A stretch of 59,656 nucleotides of DNA, counting the filler, from Ionaspis alba (taxonomy: Eukaryota): assembly GCA_964255285.1 (NCBI GenBank). It is 5 parts of 5 records of this genome, joined end to end, with 100 filler letters (N's around TTAATTAATTAA, not from the genome) between each part and the next. Parts side by side here need not be neighbours in the genome. Positions count along the whole stretch, not along the records: positions 23,920 to 35,771 come from CAXUUL010000536.1; positions 35,872 to 47,716 come from CAXUUL010000537.1; 3 more parts are not named here. The stretch is one strand, 5' to 3'. The notes under the pieces are model-generated. The model ran no database searches and was not told the origin of the DNA. It worked only from the letters and a program-made list of their open reading frames with translations. Position 1 is the stretch's first letter. Each line of letters opens with the position of its first letter. The translations under genes and the position numbers were made by a program. Positions 24,848 to 35,908 of the stretch are shown in pieces.

Positions 24848-26315
24848 GATTGTGCCGCTTGATGGAAGGTAGTGAGAGAGCTTGGAGATGCTACACTCGA
24901 AACTTCGGAGCTATACTAGGCTAGGAATATTGTGCCTCGAAGGAGATGGGGATAGGCGGTGGAGAAGAGATGAGGGTATTTGGAAAGAACTGGTATGAAT
25001 CTATGACACTGAATATTTCCGGTGGACTTTTACTTCTTCGATGTTGGTGTATGTAATGAGGAGACAATAAGCAGTCAGGAAGGATCGAGAGAACTTTTAT
25101 ATAGAGTCTAGGAGATATCGGATGGAGAACAACAGGAATGAATCAATGTTCATGCATGATTGTCTTCAGGGTCACAGTGAAGCTCACGCTTCATGGTGAC
25201 GAGATAACAGTTTGGACCAAGTTCAATCAACCAAAGAAGCATTCATCATTGCCTGCTTCATCCAGTCCAAAGAAAGCAGATCATGAATCGTGAGCATGAG
25301 CACACATGTACAATGTGAACAAGATGCCAGGACAGCACTGATCTGTGTTATAGTTAAGCAGTCAACCCGAATAGACTACTAGAGTGTCATTCAGCACATT
25401 GTGTTCTCGCAGCATTTGCTTGAACCAAAAGAGCCGGAAGGAGTCTCCACGATTGACACTCGCATAGACTAGACAGCGTACATCAGGCATATCAAGGCTA
25501 TTTTGTGTGTAGAGCTCACTCTGCTGGGTGCTTTGCAGCTCATAGCCACTAGTCAAAGTCGACACTAGACGCGCAGATCGCTCCGCAAGAGATGCCTGGG
25601 CTTCATCGGTATGTGAAAGCAGTCGCAGATCGCTGAACATAGTGTCAAGGTGAAGCTGGAAACAACTCGACAAGATGCTGAATGGTATGGTCTTGGCGCT
25701 GAGTGGCCCCAGGAACTGGCTGACAAAACCGGTAGGAATAAAAAGGAAGACGGCAGCGCTATCTCAATGATTATAGCGGTAACTCACAGGGCAAACTCAC
25801 ACAGGAGGCGCAACAACCAATGTACTCATCAAGTGCTAAGAGAAATGATATGTCTAGCTATTGGGGGGCGAGTGCGCCAACGAAGCTCGCTTATATTCTG
25901 CTATTCAGTGTCATCCAGAATAGGTAACTCCAAAATTAAGTTCCGGCCTCCGGTATTTTTCTCAATTCAGTCATTCAGCATATGCAGATTGTCAATCACG
26001 AATCCATCCACATCAAGTGTTGTCCGAGTACCATTTAAGTCTTCATTTCGCTCATAAATGTTGCTTCACCAGCTCGACCAGTCTAGATATTCGTTGCGTC
26101 TCCAGAGTAGTAGAATCAAGAGGCTGCACACTCACAACGATGTGATTTATACTTGGCCTTAGCAATTCACACAGCATCTCTCTCCAGAGCAAGACCTATC
26201 GCAAAAAAATCAATTTTTATCCATTTTAATTTGACTGTCGGATCTATCTCGGGCTCCCCCTACGCAGAGGAAGAAAAGTAGGAGATCATCCATTCCCCTA
26301 ATAAACTTCTGTACC

Positions 26316-27749
26316 ATGGCGGGAAGCATAGAAAATCAATCCTCGTCCGAGGGTCAAACTTGGAGAGAGACTCGAGTTCTTCCCGTCAACTTAAAAGAAG
26401 TTGGAAATTTCCACTTTGATGAACCTAAGCATGGTTTCCTGGGAGACTGGAGTTTTGAACTCAATAGTGCCAGTCCCCACGCTCCTCATCTCTGCAAGGC
26501 AGCCCAACATCTACGAGAAGCCGATGTTCCTGTGGCTTTCCCTACAGAGACAGTTTACGGTCTCGGAGCTGACGCCACTCGCAGTTCGGCAGTTCGTGGA
26601 ATCTATACAGCAAAGCAACGACCCGCGGATAACCCCTTGATCGTCCACATCAGTTCGCTATCCCAGCTTCGAGGTCTCCTCTCACCCCGTAAGCAGAATA
26701 GTACTTTAGACGCTATCGGCAACGATAGCAGGGGATTTCCAAAAGATCCAATACCAGCGATATATCGACCCTTGATCCAGCGCTTCTGGCCGGGCCCCCT
26801 GACCATACTCCTGCCAAACCCAAAGGATTCAATCCTAGCCCCAGAAGTCACAGCCGGTCTCCCTACATTCGGAGCCCGGATGCCATCCTCTAACCTCGCT
26901 CTAGCCCTGATCAAGCTCGCCGGCGTCCCTCTCGCAGCGCCCTCTGCCAACGCCTCTACCAAGCCATCTCCGACCACAGCTCAGCATGTCAAGCATGATC
27001 TGGATGGGCGCATTGAGATCATCCTTGATGGAGGCCCCTGTGACGTTGGCGTTGAAAGCACAGTGGTGGACGGACTGTCAGATCCGCCTATGATCCTTCG
27101 GCCGGGTGGAGTGTCGATCGAGCTGTTGAGAGAGTGCGAGGGTTGGAAGGATGTGGCCGTGGGTTACAAGGACAGTTCCGAGAAGGGGAAGACGCCGAAG
27201 GCACCAGGTATGAAATACAAGCACTACTCACCCAGCGCAAAGGTCGTCCTGATAGAAGCCGGTGTTGGAGGCGGACAATTTGAGTCAAGTATCCTTACTC
27301 CATACCTCGACGATGGCGCGAAAAGTATCGGTATCGTTCGCACCAAGCGCTGGAAACCCCTTTCTCAAGGCTATCATAATCAAAATGGTAGGATCAATGG
27401 CCTTTTGAAAGGCATGTCGAATGGCACCATACAAGCACAAGACGAGGACCTGAAACAGACAAATGGAAGCCATCCACGAGGACCTACTACGTCTCTTCCG
27501 CCAAATACTGGGCACCCCATTCCGGCGGCCATAAAGCTTGCAATAAATCTACCCGCCACTGTGTGGGACTTAGCTTTGGGTGCGTCAACTGCAGATATAG
27601 CTCGAGGGCTCTTTTCGGCACTGCGAGAACTGGACCAGAAAAATGTAGATATAATCTTCGTCGAAGGGATCGATGACGCTGAGGGCGATGCCGCAGCGGC
27701 GGTCATGAATCGGCTAAGAAAGGCGGCGGAGGTAGAGGTGAAGTCATGA
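26316..27749 (+). CDS. SUA5: Threonylcarbamoyl-AMP synthase Sua5 (t6A biosynthesis)
   Basis: YrdC-domain motifs VAFPTETVYGLGADA, AKQRPADNPLIVH, FWPGPLT, AAPSANAS and GVESTVVD, linker APGMKYKHYSP, and Sua5 C-terminal domain AVMNRLRKAA. Confidence 0.96.
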   Translation: MAGSIENQSSSEGQTWRETRVLPVNLKEVGNFHFDEPKHGFLGDWSFELNSASPHAPHLCKAAQHLREADVPVAFPTETVYGLGADATRSSAVRGIYTAKQRPADNPLIVHISSLSQLRGLLSPRKQNSTLDAIGNDSRGFPKDPIPAIYRPLIQRFWPGPLTILLPNPKDSILAPEVTAGLPTFGARMPSSNLALALIKLAGVPLAAPSANASTKPSPTTAQHVKHDLDGRIEIILDGGPCDVGVESTVVDGLSDPPMILRPGGVSIELLRECEGWKDVAVGYKDSSEKGKTPKAPGMKYKHYSPSAKVVLIEAGVGGGQFESSILTPYLDDGAKSIGIVRTKRWKPLSQGYHNQNGRINGLLKGMSNGTIQAQDEDLKQTNGSHPRGPTTSLPPNTGHPIPAAIKLAINLPATVWDLALGASTADIARGLFSALRELDQKNVDIIFVEGIDDAEGDAAAAVMNRLRKAAEVEVKS

Positions 27750-28022
27750 TGGCCATGGTGTTTCGAGGAAATGTCGAAAGGGAAAGATTTATTCATCAGG
27801 AGCGACCGCCAGGTCGAAACGTCTAATAATCATCTGCTTTATACAAACACATCTTTAAGGCCGGCACCTAATAGAAATAGATGAGTAAGCAATACCACTG
27901 TGGCAGAATATTTATACATGATTTCGTGCTCATTTTCGGGTTCATCACCCCCCATCTTCATCCTTCTATTGGTTCTTGCCGCTCAGCTACTCATACATCA
28001 CCTCCATCGACCCCGCTTCTCC

Positions 28023-30684
28023 TTATTTATCAAACCACCCATCCTCCTTAATCCTCAACAAGAAACTTGCCCCCACCGCTCCGAACAGCCCCAAACAAAG
28101 TACAGTCGGCCCCAACCAATCATGGTACCTGACCGCCCTCCTCTTTCTGATCATTTTAACCCTCCACATATAAAGTCCCATACTGTACAATAACGCAGCA
28201 CACGCCACAATCGTGAAACCCCACGCCGCATACAGGGAGACGTTGTCGCCAAAATTGAGCAGCGCAGCAGCAATACTCCCAAGAATGATGGAGAACTCGA
28301 GCCAGGAGAGGAAGGTGCGCTCGGCCGCAAAGTAGACTTTGGGCTCGACACGGACGGGGACGTGAATGCCTAGAATTATGTGTTAGCATGGCTGTTGACA
28401 CAAAAGGGATCTTGAGGGAGAGAAGATAAAAGCTTACGTTTCCCCTTAGGCGCCTTGAAACGCTTGGCCTCAACATGGCCACTCATAGGATCCATAGCTC
28501 CAGGTCCAGGCATGGGAGTAGGTTTCGGAGTGGGGATGACCGCTTTGACGCCCTTCAGGATATAGTCGCCTACCAGGGCGACATGGTGCTTGAGGACCTT
28601 GCCACGATAATGCCAGCCGCCAACACGGCGCGCCTCCTCCATAGCGTCTGCTTCGTCCTCCTCTTCCGAGTCGTAGATGGGATAATCGTCTGGATTATCG
28701 AGGATTTGGGCACCGATGCGCTCTTCGAGGTCGAGCTCGTTAGAGGTGTGTTGGGGAAAGTCGGTAGAACGATCGCGGTCGTGCTGTTCGAGGGCGTCAC
28801 GGGCTTCGCGGAGGCGGAGAAGACCTTCGTCCGTGTCGTCGTGCTCGTCACCGTGCAGAGTTGGACTGTGAGCGGACTCCGAGACTTCGTCATCTTCGTC
28901 TTCAGAGTCGTCATCGAGATTATCGTCGCTGGTGGTGTAGCTGGCGGATTGGCCGGGGCGCTCGATGCCGAAGCGGTGGGTGATGGGTTTGCGGATATCG
29001 ATGCCCATTTGAGGCATCCAGAATGGGAGGAGGTGAATACGTGTCGGAAACAGGGTTGCAGTGCCGTGGATGAACTTGCTGAACTTGGGCACGGCTTCGA
29101 CAAGATGACTGCTGATTAGCTCTCGTACCCATTCTGGTGGATCTTGGCCTGCCTGGGTTTGAAGCTTCACTTCGAGCACAGCATAGGGAAAGCGCTCAAC
29201 GTCTTCTGGTGAGAGTTGCGAAAACGGATAGTCGATGCCGATATCCATTCGCCGCCAATTCTTGCCAGCGCGGGTTTTGCCGTCAAGATTGTCCTCTCTG
29301 ATCATGGTCAATTCCGTGTCCAGCGATATGCGAACTCTAGCATCTCCGGGTAATTGGAAAGCTGTCCGATTGTAGAAAGATCTTGTCACTGGCACAAGTT
29401 TTCTCGTAATGACTCGAAATTGGATTTCGCGTGCCAGTTGTTCTAGATCTGCGATCTCCTTCTCGCCCTTCTTGCCTTCCTTCCTCATCTTCTCAAAAAC
29501 GCTTTCTACAGTCATTTTGCCAGACAGGAAGGAATTGACATTTTTCTCCTTGAGCGAAAATCGAGCTTTGACGGACTTCTCTCCTGTCCAATCCTCTCGG
29601 TGTGTTTTCCTCTCCACAAAAATTGTCTCTGTATCCATGCCTCCGTACCATCGTAGTCGAATAGCTTCCGCGCCTTCAGTCTTCTTGAGCCGTCCAGTGT
29701 ACAACTCCCACGTGTCTGTGTTGTCGTAATATATTGAGGAAATTGCAGAATCTTTTGTTTCAAACTCCTTGCTGGCATTAAACACTAATACAGGAAGATG
29801 CTATGAATTATCAGCACTGAATTAGTCAAGATAGATGGGTACTATACCTTCAAAATTATAAGCTTTAATTCGGTGATGTTATCCGGGTGCACCCAATACT
29901 TGGTGGTCTGGCGCACAAAGTTTTGTTGCCCTCCTCCGGCAGCACTGTCTCCTTTGATTGGATTGCCTCTTGTCCGCACAAGATCATACAGCTTCGAAAG
30001 TTTGACAACAAAGGCATCATAGTTGTCTTTGAAGAAGGGCTTGGCCTTCAGCCGTGTTGCAAACACAGGTTTCAAATGCCACGAAGTTTGTTTCTGTGAC
30101 TCTATAAGCCTCGCTCAGAAGTATGAATCGGGGTATCGTGGCTCACGTCGTGTTTCTTAACGATTTTCTGGAATCCAGTATAATTCAATTGGGTAAACTT
30201 CGCAAGATCATGCACATCGGCAATGATATCACTTAAGTCTTCCTCCAGAAGCAAGAAATCTTCCTCCGAAGGCTCGGGAGTCTGTAGTCCACGAGCACGT
30301 CCATTTTGTCCCGGTCTGTCCTGCCCTTCGGCATCCAGCCGTGCAATAACATCGTTGACTTCCCTCTCGCTCGCCTTAATCCTCCTGACAATCTCTCCAG
30401 ATTTCACTCGCTGAAAGGTAAAGACCTTGTCGAGTTCCGCCTCGAGCTGGGCCACGAAAGACTTCTCGTCATCCTCGTTCCACGCTTGTCTTTTTGGATG
30501 TGGGTTCTGAGGGGAAGGTTGTATTTCGTAGGGTTTCTTGAGGGCGCTTTTCAAGTCGTCGTAGGCAATGTAGTAGTAGTAGTAATCTTTGATCAGGGAT
30601 GTTCGTAGTTGCTGGCCGACTGCAAGCAAATTAGCTAAACGAACATCGCCAGGATCGTTGGGTGGGGGGATCTCGACACTTCAT
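28023..30684 (-). CDS. VTC4: Vacuolar polyphosphate polymerase Vtc4, exons 30684-30678, 30619-30147, 30093-29848, 29800-28438, 28369-28023
   Basis: SPX domain (MKFGQQL...YIAYDDLK...[15 protein letters not shown]), VTC domain ([45 protein letters not shown]) and C-terminal [14 protein letters not shown] transmembrane region. Confidence 0.96.
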
Positions 30685-30885
30685 TGTAAGCCTCTGTCTC
30701 ACAGAGTTACTACGTGCTACCAATGAACAAAGACGTGTTATGTACGCGGCCCTTCATACTAGAACACACGGGAGGTCAAGCACTAGAGATATTGGGACAA
30801 GACGGCAAGCACGACTTCTTCGACCTCCCATGTAGGAGCTTTGTTTTCCAAGAAAGGCATTGGCCAATCACAGTTGTGCTCCTTT

Positions 30886-30891
30886 CACGTG
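30886..30891. promoter_or_regulatory. Pho4/NUC-1-type E-box CACGTG upstream of VTC4
   Basis: CACGTG about 200 nt upstream of the VTC4 ATG. VTC genes are established PHO-regulon members. A single 6-mer, so chance cannot be excluded. Confidence 0.5.
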
Positions 30892-31154
30892 TGCCAAGCA
30901 CAAAAGAGGACTTTCCGATCTTGTCAACATATCATCGCCCAGAAACCTACTCTATGCTCTTGCATCGAAATGTTGGCAAGTGATGTACTGTCTCGACTAT
31001 CGTTACTTCCAGACATTAAACTCCTGCTGCATAAGCTAAAACAGAAACACAATCGAGTACAAATGCATCACCAGTCTACTATCGTTACATGAACCTCCTG
31101 TCACCGCATTGACCATAACAATATAATCACTCACACTTTCGTCCTCAACGCACC

Positions 31155-34100
31155 TCAAACCACCCCAGTAACCCTCCTGATACTCCTCCTGGGTCCCTCT
31201 CCACTGACATTAACCTGGCCCTCTTGCTCCAACGCCCTCAAAGCCTCCGCAAACTCCACTCCCTCAACCTGCGCACTCCCCTGCTCTCCAAGCCTCCTAT
31301 AAACCTCCGCATACCTGGCCGCACCCCCTGACCTCGTCATATCGTCCAGCAAATCCAATATCGCCTTCTTCAAGTCCCCCTTTCGCCTTCTCTCGCTGGC
31401 ACTAGTACCTTCAGTCAACAGACTCATATCAATGAGCCCAGTCCTCGAGTCCGTCGCCGCTTGCTTGAGCGCGGACTTGATCAGGCGCACCGCTTCCGAA
31501 ACATCGTGAGTGGTCACTTCTTCGGACAGCCGCATCTTGGCGTGTGCTTCTGCAAGCCGGATCATGGACTCGAGCTGTCGTGTGGTGGCCGTGATGCGGC
31601 GCTCGGCGGCGCGGACGTCTTCGCCGAGTTTGCGCATGGCGACGTAGGAGCGGACGAGTTCTTCGGAGGCGGCTTGGGTGATGCGAGGTTGGCATTTGGT
31701 GCGGGCGTAGGAGATGTAGGAGGTTAGGAATTCGACAGGCTAGTAGAATGTTAGTAATATTTTTCATGTCTTCTCATGCAGTGAAGGAGTAGCTACCAGG
31801 ATCTCTTGTGTGCTGGCGTTCTCGGGAGTGTCTTCGAGGTACATGCCCACTAGATGGCGGGCTAGTCTTCGGTCGCTCTGCTCGTCAATCCGATCCAGGA
31901 CAAGGTAGACTAAGTCGAACCTCGAAAGGAGGGTAGGTGGAAGGTCGATATTTTGGGGTACCGGCAAATTGACGTTGTATTTACTGCCGATGGGATTCGC
32001 CGACGCGAGGATACTGGTTCGAGCATTCAGCGTGGTTATGATGCCGGCTTTGGCAATGGAGACTGTCTGCTGTTCCATGACTTCGTGGAGCACCGATCGA
32101 GTGGCGTCAGACATCTTGTCGAACTCGTCGATACAGCAGATACCACCATCTGAAAGGACCAATGCTCCTGACTCGAGGACCAATTGCCTCGTTTCCGGAT
32201 CTCGAGTCACATATGCGGTGAGACCGACAGCAGACGATCCTTTCCCGCTAGTATAAACGCCTCGTGGGGCAATCTTGTGGACGTACATCAGGAGCTGGGA
32301 CTTCGAAGTCGAAGGATCGCCGCAAAGGAGGACGTTGATATCGCCACGGTACTTGGGACTGCCGCCCTTCTCAAAGGACTTGTTCGTCCCGCCGAAGAGC
32401 TGGAGCAGGATTCCTTTCTTGACATCGTCCATTTCGTAGACACTCGGAGCTAGTGATCTGGACAAGAGCTCGTAGACGTCGGGTCTGGCTGCAACCGCCT
32501 TGATCTTCTCCTCTTCCTCTTCACTTACTTTTCGAGCCTGCTCGACGTCACCGGCGATCTGCTCAGAAAGTTCTTGTTCGACAGTGGAAACATCGATACC
32601 TAATCTCCTCTTATCCACCTTCTGGATATGTAAAACATCGACATACGTTTTGAACAAGCTCTTGATGGTACGTTGTCGGGGATTGACGCGAACAGGATTA
32701 CTACGGAAGATACCCGTTACCTCGATACGATCACCTGCTTTGCAGACGTCAACAAGCTCTTCGTAGGCACAAAGCGAAACCGAGTGTGGCGTCTGTCCGT
32801 CAGGAACACTGTCTGGTGTTTCTTGAAGCTTGATCACTTGCTTGTCTGTAAATTGGCAGCGGTTGTGCACGATCTGCATGGAGTTTGGGGATCGACAGAT
32901 CCGCCGGGGGCACATCGTTGGTTCGGCGATCTTGCCTCTATCCAAGGATACGTCGACTGCATGACCACACACTTGACATTTGAAGAAAGCTACCATCACG
33001 GTCAGGATGAGACAACAACAGACCAGGTACTCAAACTTACCGGTCTTCATGTCCGGGATGACTGGTGTTGTACGGATCACGAGCCCCTTGATACTGATCA
33101 TCTTGTCCATATCTGATTATTCCGTCAACCATCCGTGCCGATTATGCCAATGCTAGGAAGCTTACCATTTGGGTTCAAGTCTCTCATGTTGATTGTACTA
33201 TCAAGGCCAAACGGTTTGACTTTGTAGACCCTTGTTTCAACCTCTCGCACCAGATCTGGAACGTCGTCTTCATGGGCCACTCCGTCACGGTGCCCGTTGG
33301 CTTCCGAACTCGGCATTGGCGGCATTGAGCTGTCCTGTCTAGCACGAGACCGATTTGTATGAATCTGCCTTCGCTCTGTTCTCAACCTGTTCATCTCTTC
33401 TTTGGCTTGATCGACCATGAGATCTTTGATTGACTGATCCATGATAGGTATAATTTCATGTGGATATGCCTGAAGCTGATGCCACAATTTCACAGTCGAA
33501 GGATAAGCTTTGAGGTTGCGGGCGTCTAGATTGAGGCCAGTCACTCCGAGGTGGAGCATGTCCTTTAGCATCATAATGTATTCCTTCTCGTTGCCTCCGC
33601 TGCTAGGGTCTGATGTTTCCTCTTCCGTAGCCCCATCTGCCCACATACGATACTTCTTCTGGTACCCCAGCAGGAAGTCCTTGAATATCAAGATCGTGTC
33701 CTGAAGAGATATGTTTGTACCCCAGATTATTCTCGTTGATTGGCCGCCCATTGCATCGGCTTCAGAAGTGTTGGGATCTACATTGGAAAACGTAGCTGCA
33801 TCTGAATTGGGATTGCCGTCTCCGACAGGTATACCATTCTCATCGACAAATATACGGCGTCGTCGACCTGGTGTAGAACCGAATACGTCCGAGTGAATGT
33901 CGCTTCGACGGGAGTTATTCAGTCCTGACGCGCCGGCTACAGATGATCTTGCCTCCCGGACAAAAAGACCACTGCTGCTGCTTGGAATATCAGATGGACG
34001 ATGAGCATTGCCATTGAGGGCGCGTGTGGGGCTAGAGCTTGACACATATCGTATTGGCGATGACTCTATAAATTGTCAGGCTAGAATCAATCGCTGAAGT

Positions 34101-34454
34101 GATTTCAATACCATTCGGAGGATTCGCTCGTCCTCTGGGAGTCATCTCACTATCTGCAACACTGGAACCTTGTCGCAATGGAGAGCTGATGTCCATCCTC
34201 TCGTTCCCATTCGTAGCAGTTACACCATTAACAGGAGAAGAGCGAAAGAAGAGCGGGGAACTAGAAGCGACATCCTGCCTAGGAGCTCGAGGTGTCGCGT
34301 GTGCCTCATCTTGTTGAAGTGGAGTGCTAGCACTGGAGACTTGATTTTGGGTGGAAGTTGCCAAGGGGCTGGTCGGAGCCTCTCGAGAGATTCTAGCAGA
34401 GCGAGGAGTTCCTGATACTGACTTTCGAGATCTGCGCGACGCTGGCGACGACAT
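31155..34454 (-). CDS. MCM4: DNA replication licensing factor Mcm4, exons 34454-34112, 34065-33166, 33112-33041, 32989-31797, 31739-31155
   Basis: S/T-P-rich N-terminus, Zn finger (CQVC...CPRRIC), [16 protein letters not shown], Walker [10 protein letters not shown], Walker [10 protein letters not shown], arginine finger LLSRFDL and [12 protein letters not shown]. Confidence 0.97.
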
Positions 34455-34529
34455 TGTTGTGTGAAAATTGATGGATTGTTGGATGGTGGTTGAGAGAACC
34501 GTCTTGAGGGGTGCGCCCAGATAAGAAAG

Positions 34530-34563
34530 ACGCGACGCGCCAAAGGAAAACCACTTTACGCGT
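34530..34563. promoter_or_regulatory. MCB (MBF-binding) elements upstream of MCM4
   Basis: ACGCGACGCG at 34530-34539 and a perfect ACGCGT at 34558-34563, 75-110 nt upstream of the ATG of a DNA replication gene. Confidence 0.65.
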
Positions 34564-34807
34564 AAATAAGGCTGAGTGGAGTTCTTAACTATCAACCGCG
34601 GCGTTTTGTAATTCTTCTGTCTGCCACTTCTGGACAAGCAAAATAGCAAAGCATAGTTGATATAGGCCGTTCATACTGCTGATTGGATCCCCGTAGCGCT
34701 TGAGCTCGTGACAGATAATTAGTGAAGTTGAACAGATTCAACCATGCAATGTACTTAGACGAGGTTAGTACATAATAATACTAGATACATTTCAAAACCA
34801 TAATTAA

Positions 34808-34950
34808 TCCTCGATGGTCTAGTGGTCATGAGTAAGCCTTCCCATATCATATTGTCATAAAACAATAATCTAACGCGATTGTTCAGTTTCCGCTTGTCAT
34901 CGTTACAGTGCTAAGCGCGGGAGACCAGGGTTCGATTCCCTGTCGGGGAG
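34808..34950 (+). tRNA. tRNA-Asp(GTC) with two introns: spliceosomal-type 34832-34886 and canonical tRNA intron 34900-34915 (exons 34808-34831, 34887-34899, 34916-34950)
   Basis: Joined exons give TCCTCGATGGTCTAGTGGTCATGATTTCCGCTTGTCACGCGGGAGACCAGGGTTCGATTCCCTGTCGGGGAG (72 nt). Acceptor TCCTCGA/TCGGGGA, anticodon stem TCCGC/GCGGG with GTC at 34896-34898, T-arm CAGGG-TTCGATT-CCCTG, G discriminator. A and B boxes intact. Confidence 0.92.
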
Positions 34951-34952
34951 AA

Positions 34953-34959
34953 TTTTTTT
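34953..34959 (+). terminator. RNA polymerase III terminator (T7)
   Basis: TTTTTTT two nt after the tRNA discriminator base. Confidence 0.85.
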
Positions 34960-35493
34960 GGACTCTTGGAGTGAGGCTTCTTTTTGTGCGTAATAGCCTA
35001 TAGGACCGTCTACAGCAGCAATGGAATTGATGATGTTGTTGGTTGGTTCAAAGTCCACGAAACTGTCGTAGAAATGCGCAGAATGCGCGGTAATTACTTG
35101 TGTCGATCGAATTCGGCCATTCAAAGCGCGTGCTCGCCGTATTGTACCTTCCCAGGATCAAGAGCTCGTTGTTGAACCTGAAAAATCGAAAATCGAAAAT
35201 CAAAAGAAGATACTTGGATGGAGATGTTGGATCACGGTCCAACAAGAGCAGGACATCAGACCAGGTCGAGATTGGTGCTAATGCCAAGACTTTATGATTA
35301 ACTGTGAACAATTATGAAATCCGCTCATATATCTTCAAGTCTTCTCAAAATTCATGATATTTTCACAATGCTGTATATGAAAGGTCAAGATGTCATATAT
35401 TGCTCAATTGAGAGACCAACCCGCCGATAGGAGGTATATTTGTTCCTTCGTTCTCTATATATTAGAGATATCTTTTCTCGTGAATAGTCTTAG

Positions 35494-35771
35494 TCATAGC
35501 TTCTCTGTGCTATTCACGAATACATGCTCGAGACCATCACCTCCATCTCTAGTCTGCTCATCCCTGTTGCTAGCGGACGAGTCGCTCTCTGTTTCCCAGT
35601 CCGACCGGGACCTTCCCTCATCACTTGTGGTGTCTCCTCTGTCGACCCCATCTGATGAAGTAGAGCTTGCATTCTCACTGAACCCGCGATCGCTGGCGTC
35701 AGAATTCTGCGCTTCTAGGTCATGTTTTTTCGATAAGTGATCCTGCAGCCACGCATGGTGATCGTTCGATA
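35494..35771 (-). CDS. Possible 3' end of a gene truncated at the scaffold edge (acidic, Ser-rich tail)
   Basis: Stop-free minus frame from the scaffold end: SNDHHAWLQDHLSKKHDLE...DWETESDSS...VNSTEKL*. Confidence 0.45.
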
Positions 35772-35871
35772 NNNNNNNNNNNNNNNNNNNNNNNNNNNNN
35801 NNNNNNNNNNNNNNNTTAATTAATTAANNNNNNNNNNNNNNNNNNNNNNNNNNNNNNNNNNNNNNNNNNNN
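35772..35871. other. Artificial scaffold-joining spacer
   Basis: N run with central TTAATTAATTAA at 35816-35827. Confidence 0.95.
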
Positions 35872-35908
35872 CCCACTCAATCATCAACACCACTCAAAAC
35901 CACATCCC

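Noticed and set aside
25362..26057. ORFs 25362-25673 (-) and 25650-26057 (+) as genes
   Set aside because: Non-ATG or weak starts, no recognisable motifs and no supporting splice structure.
28475..29119. Long antisense ORFs over VTC4 (similar ones lie over ARG7, MCM4, ADA2 and PGI1)
   Set aside because: These are shadow ORFs produced by codon bias of the conserved gene on the opposite strand.
11967..34950. tRNA-modification cluster (MTO1, SUA5, tRNA-Asp)
   Set aside because: MTO1 is on a different scaffold, and SUA5 and the tRNA are separated by unrelated genes (VTC4, MCM4). tRNA-Asp(GTC) is not an ANN-decoding t6A substrate.
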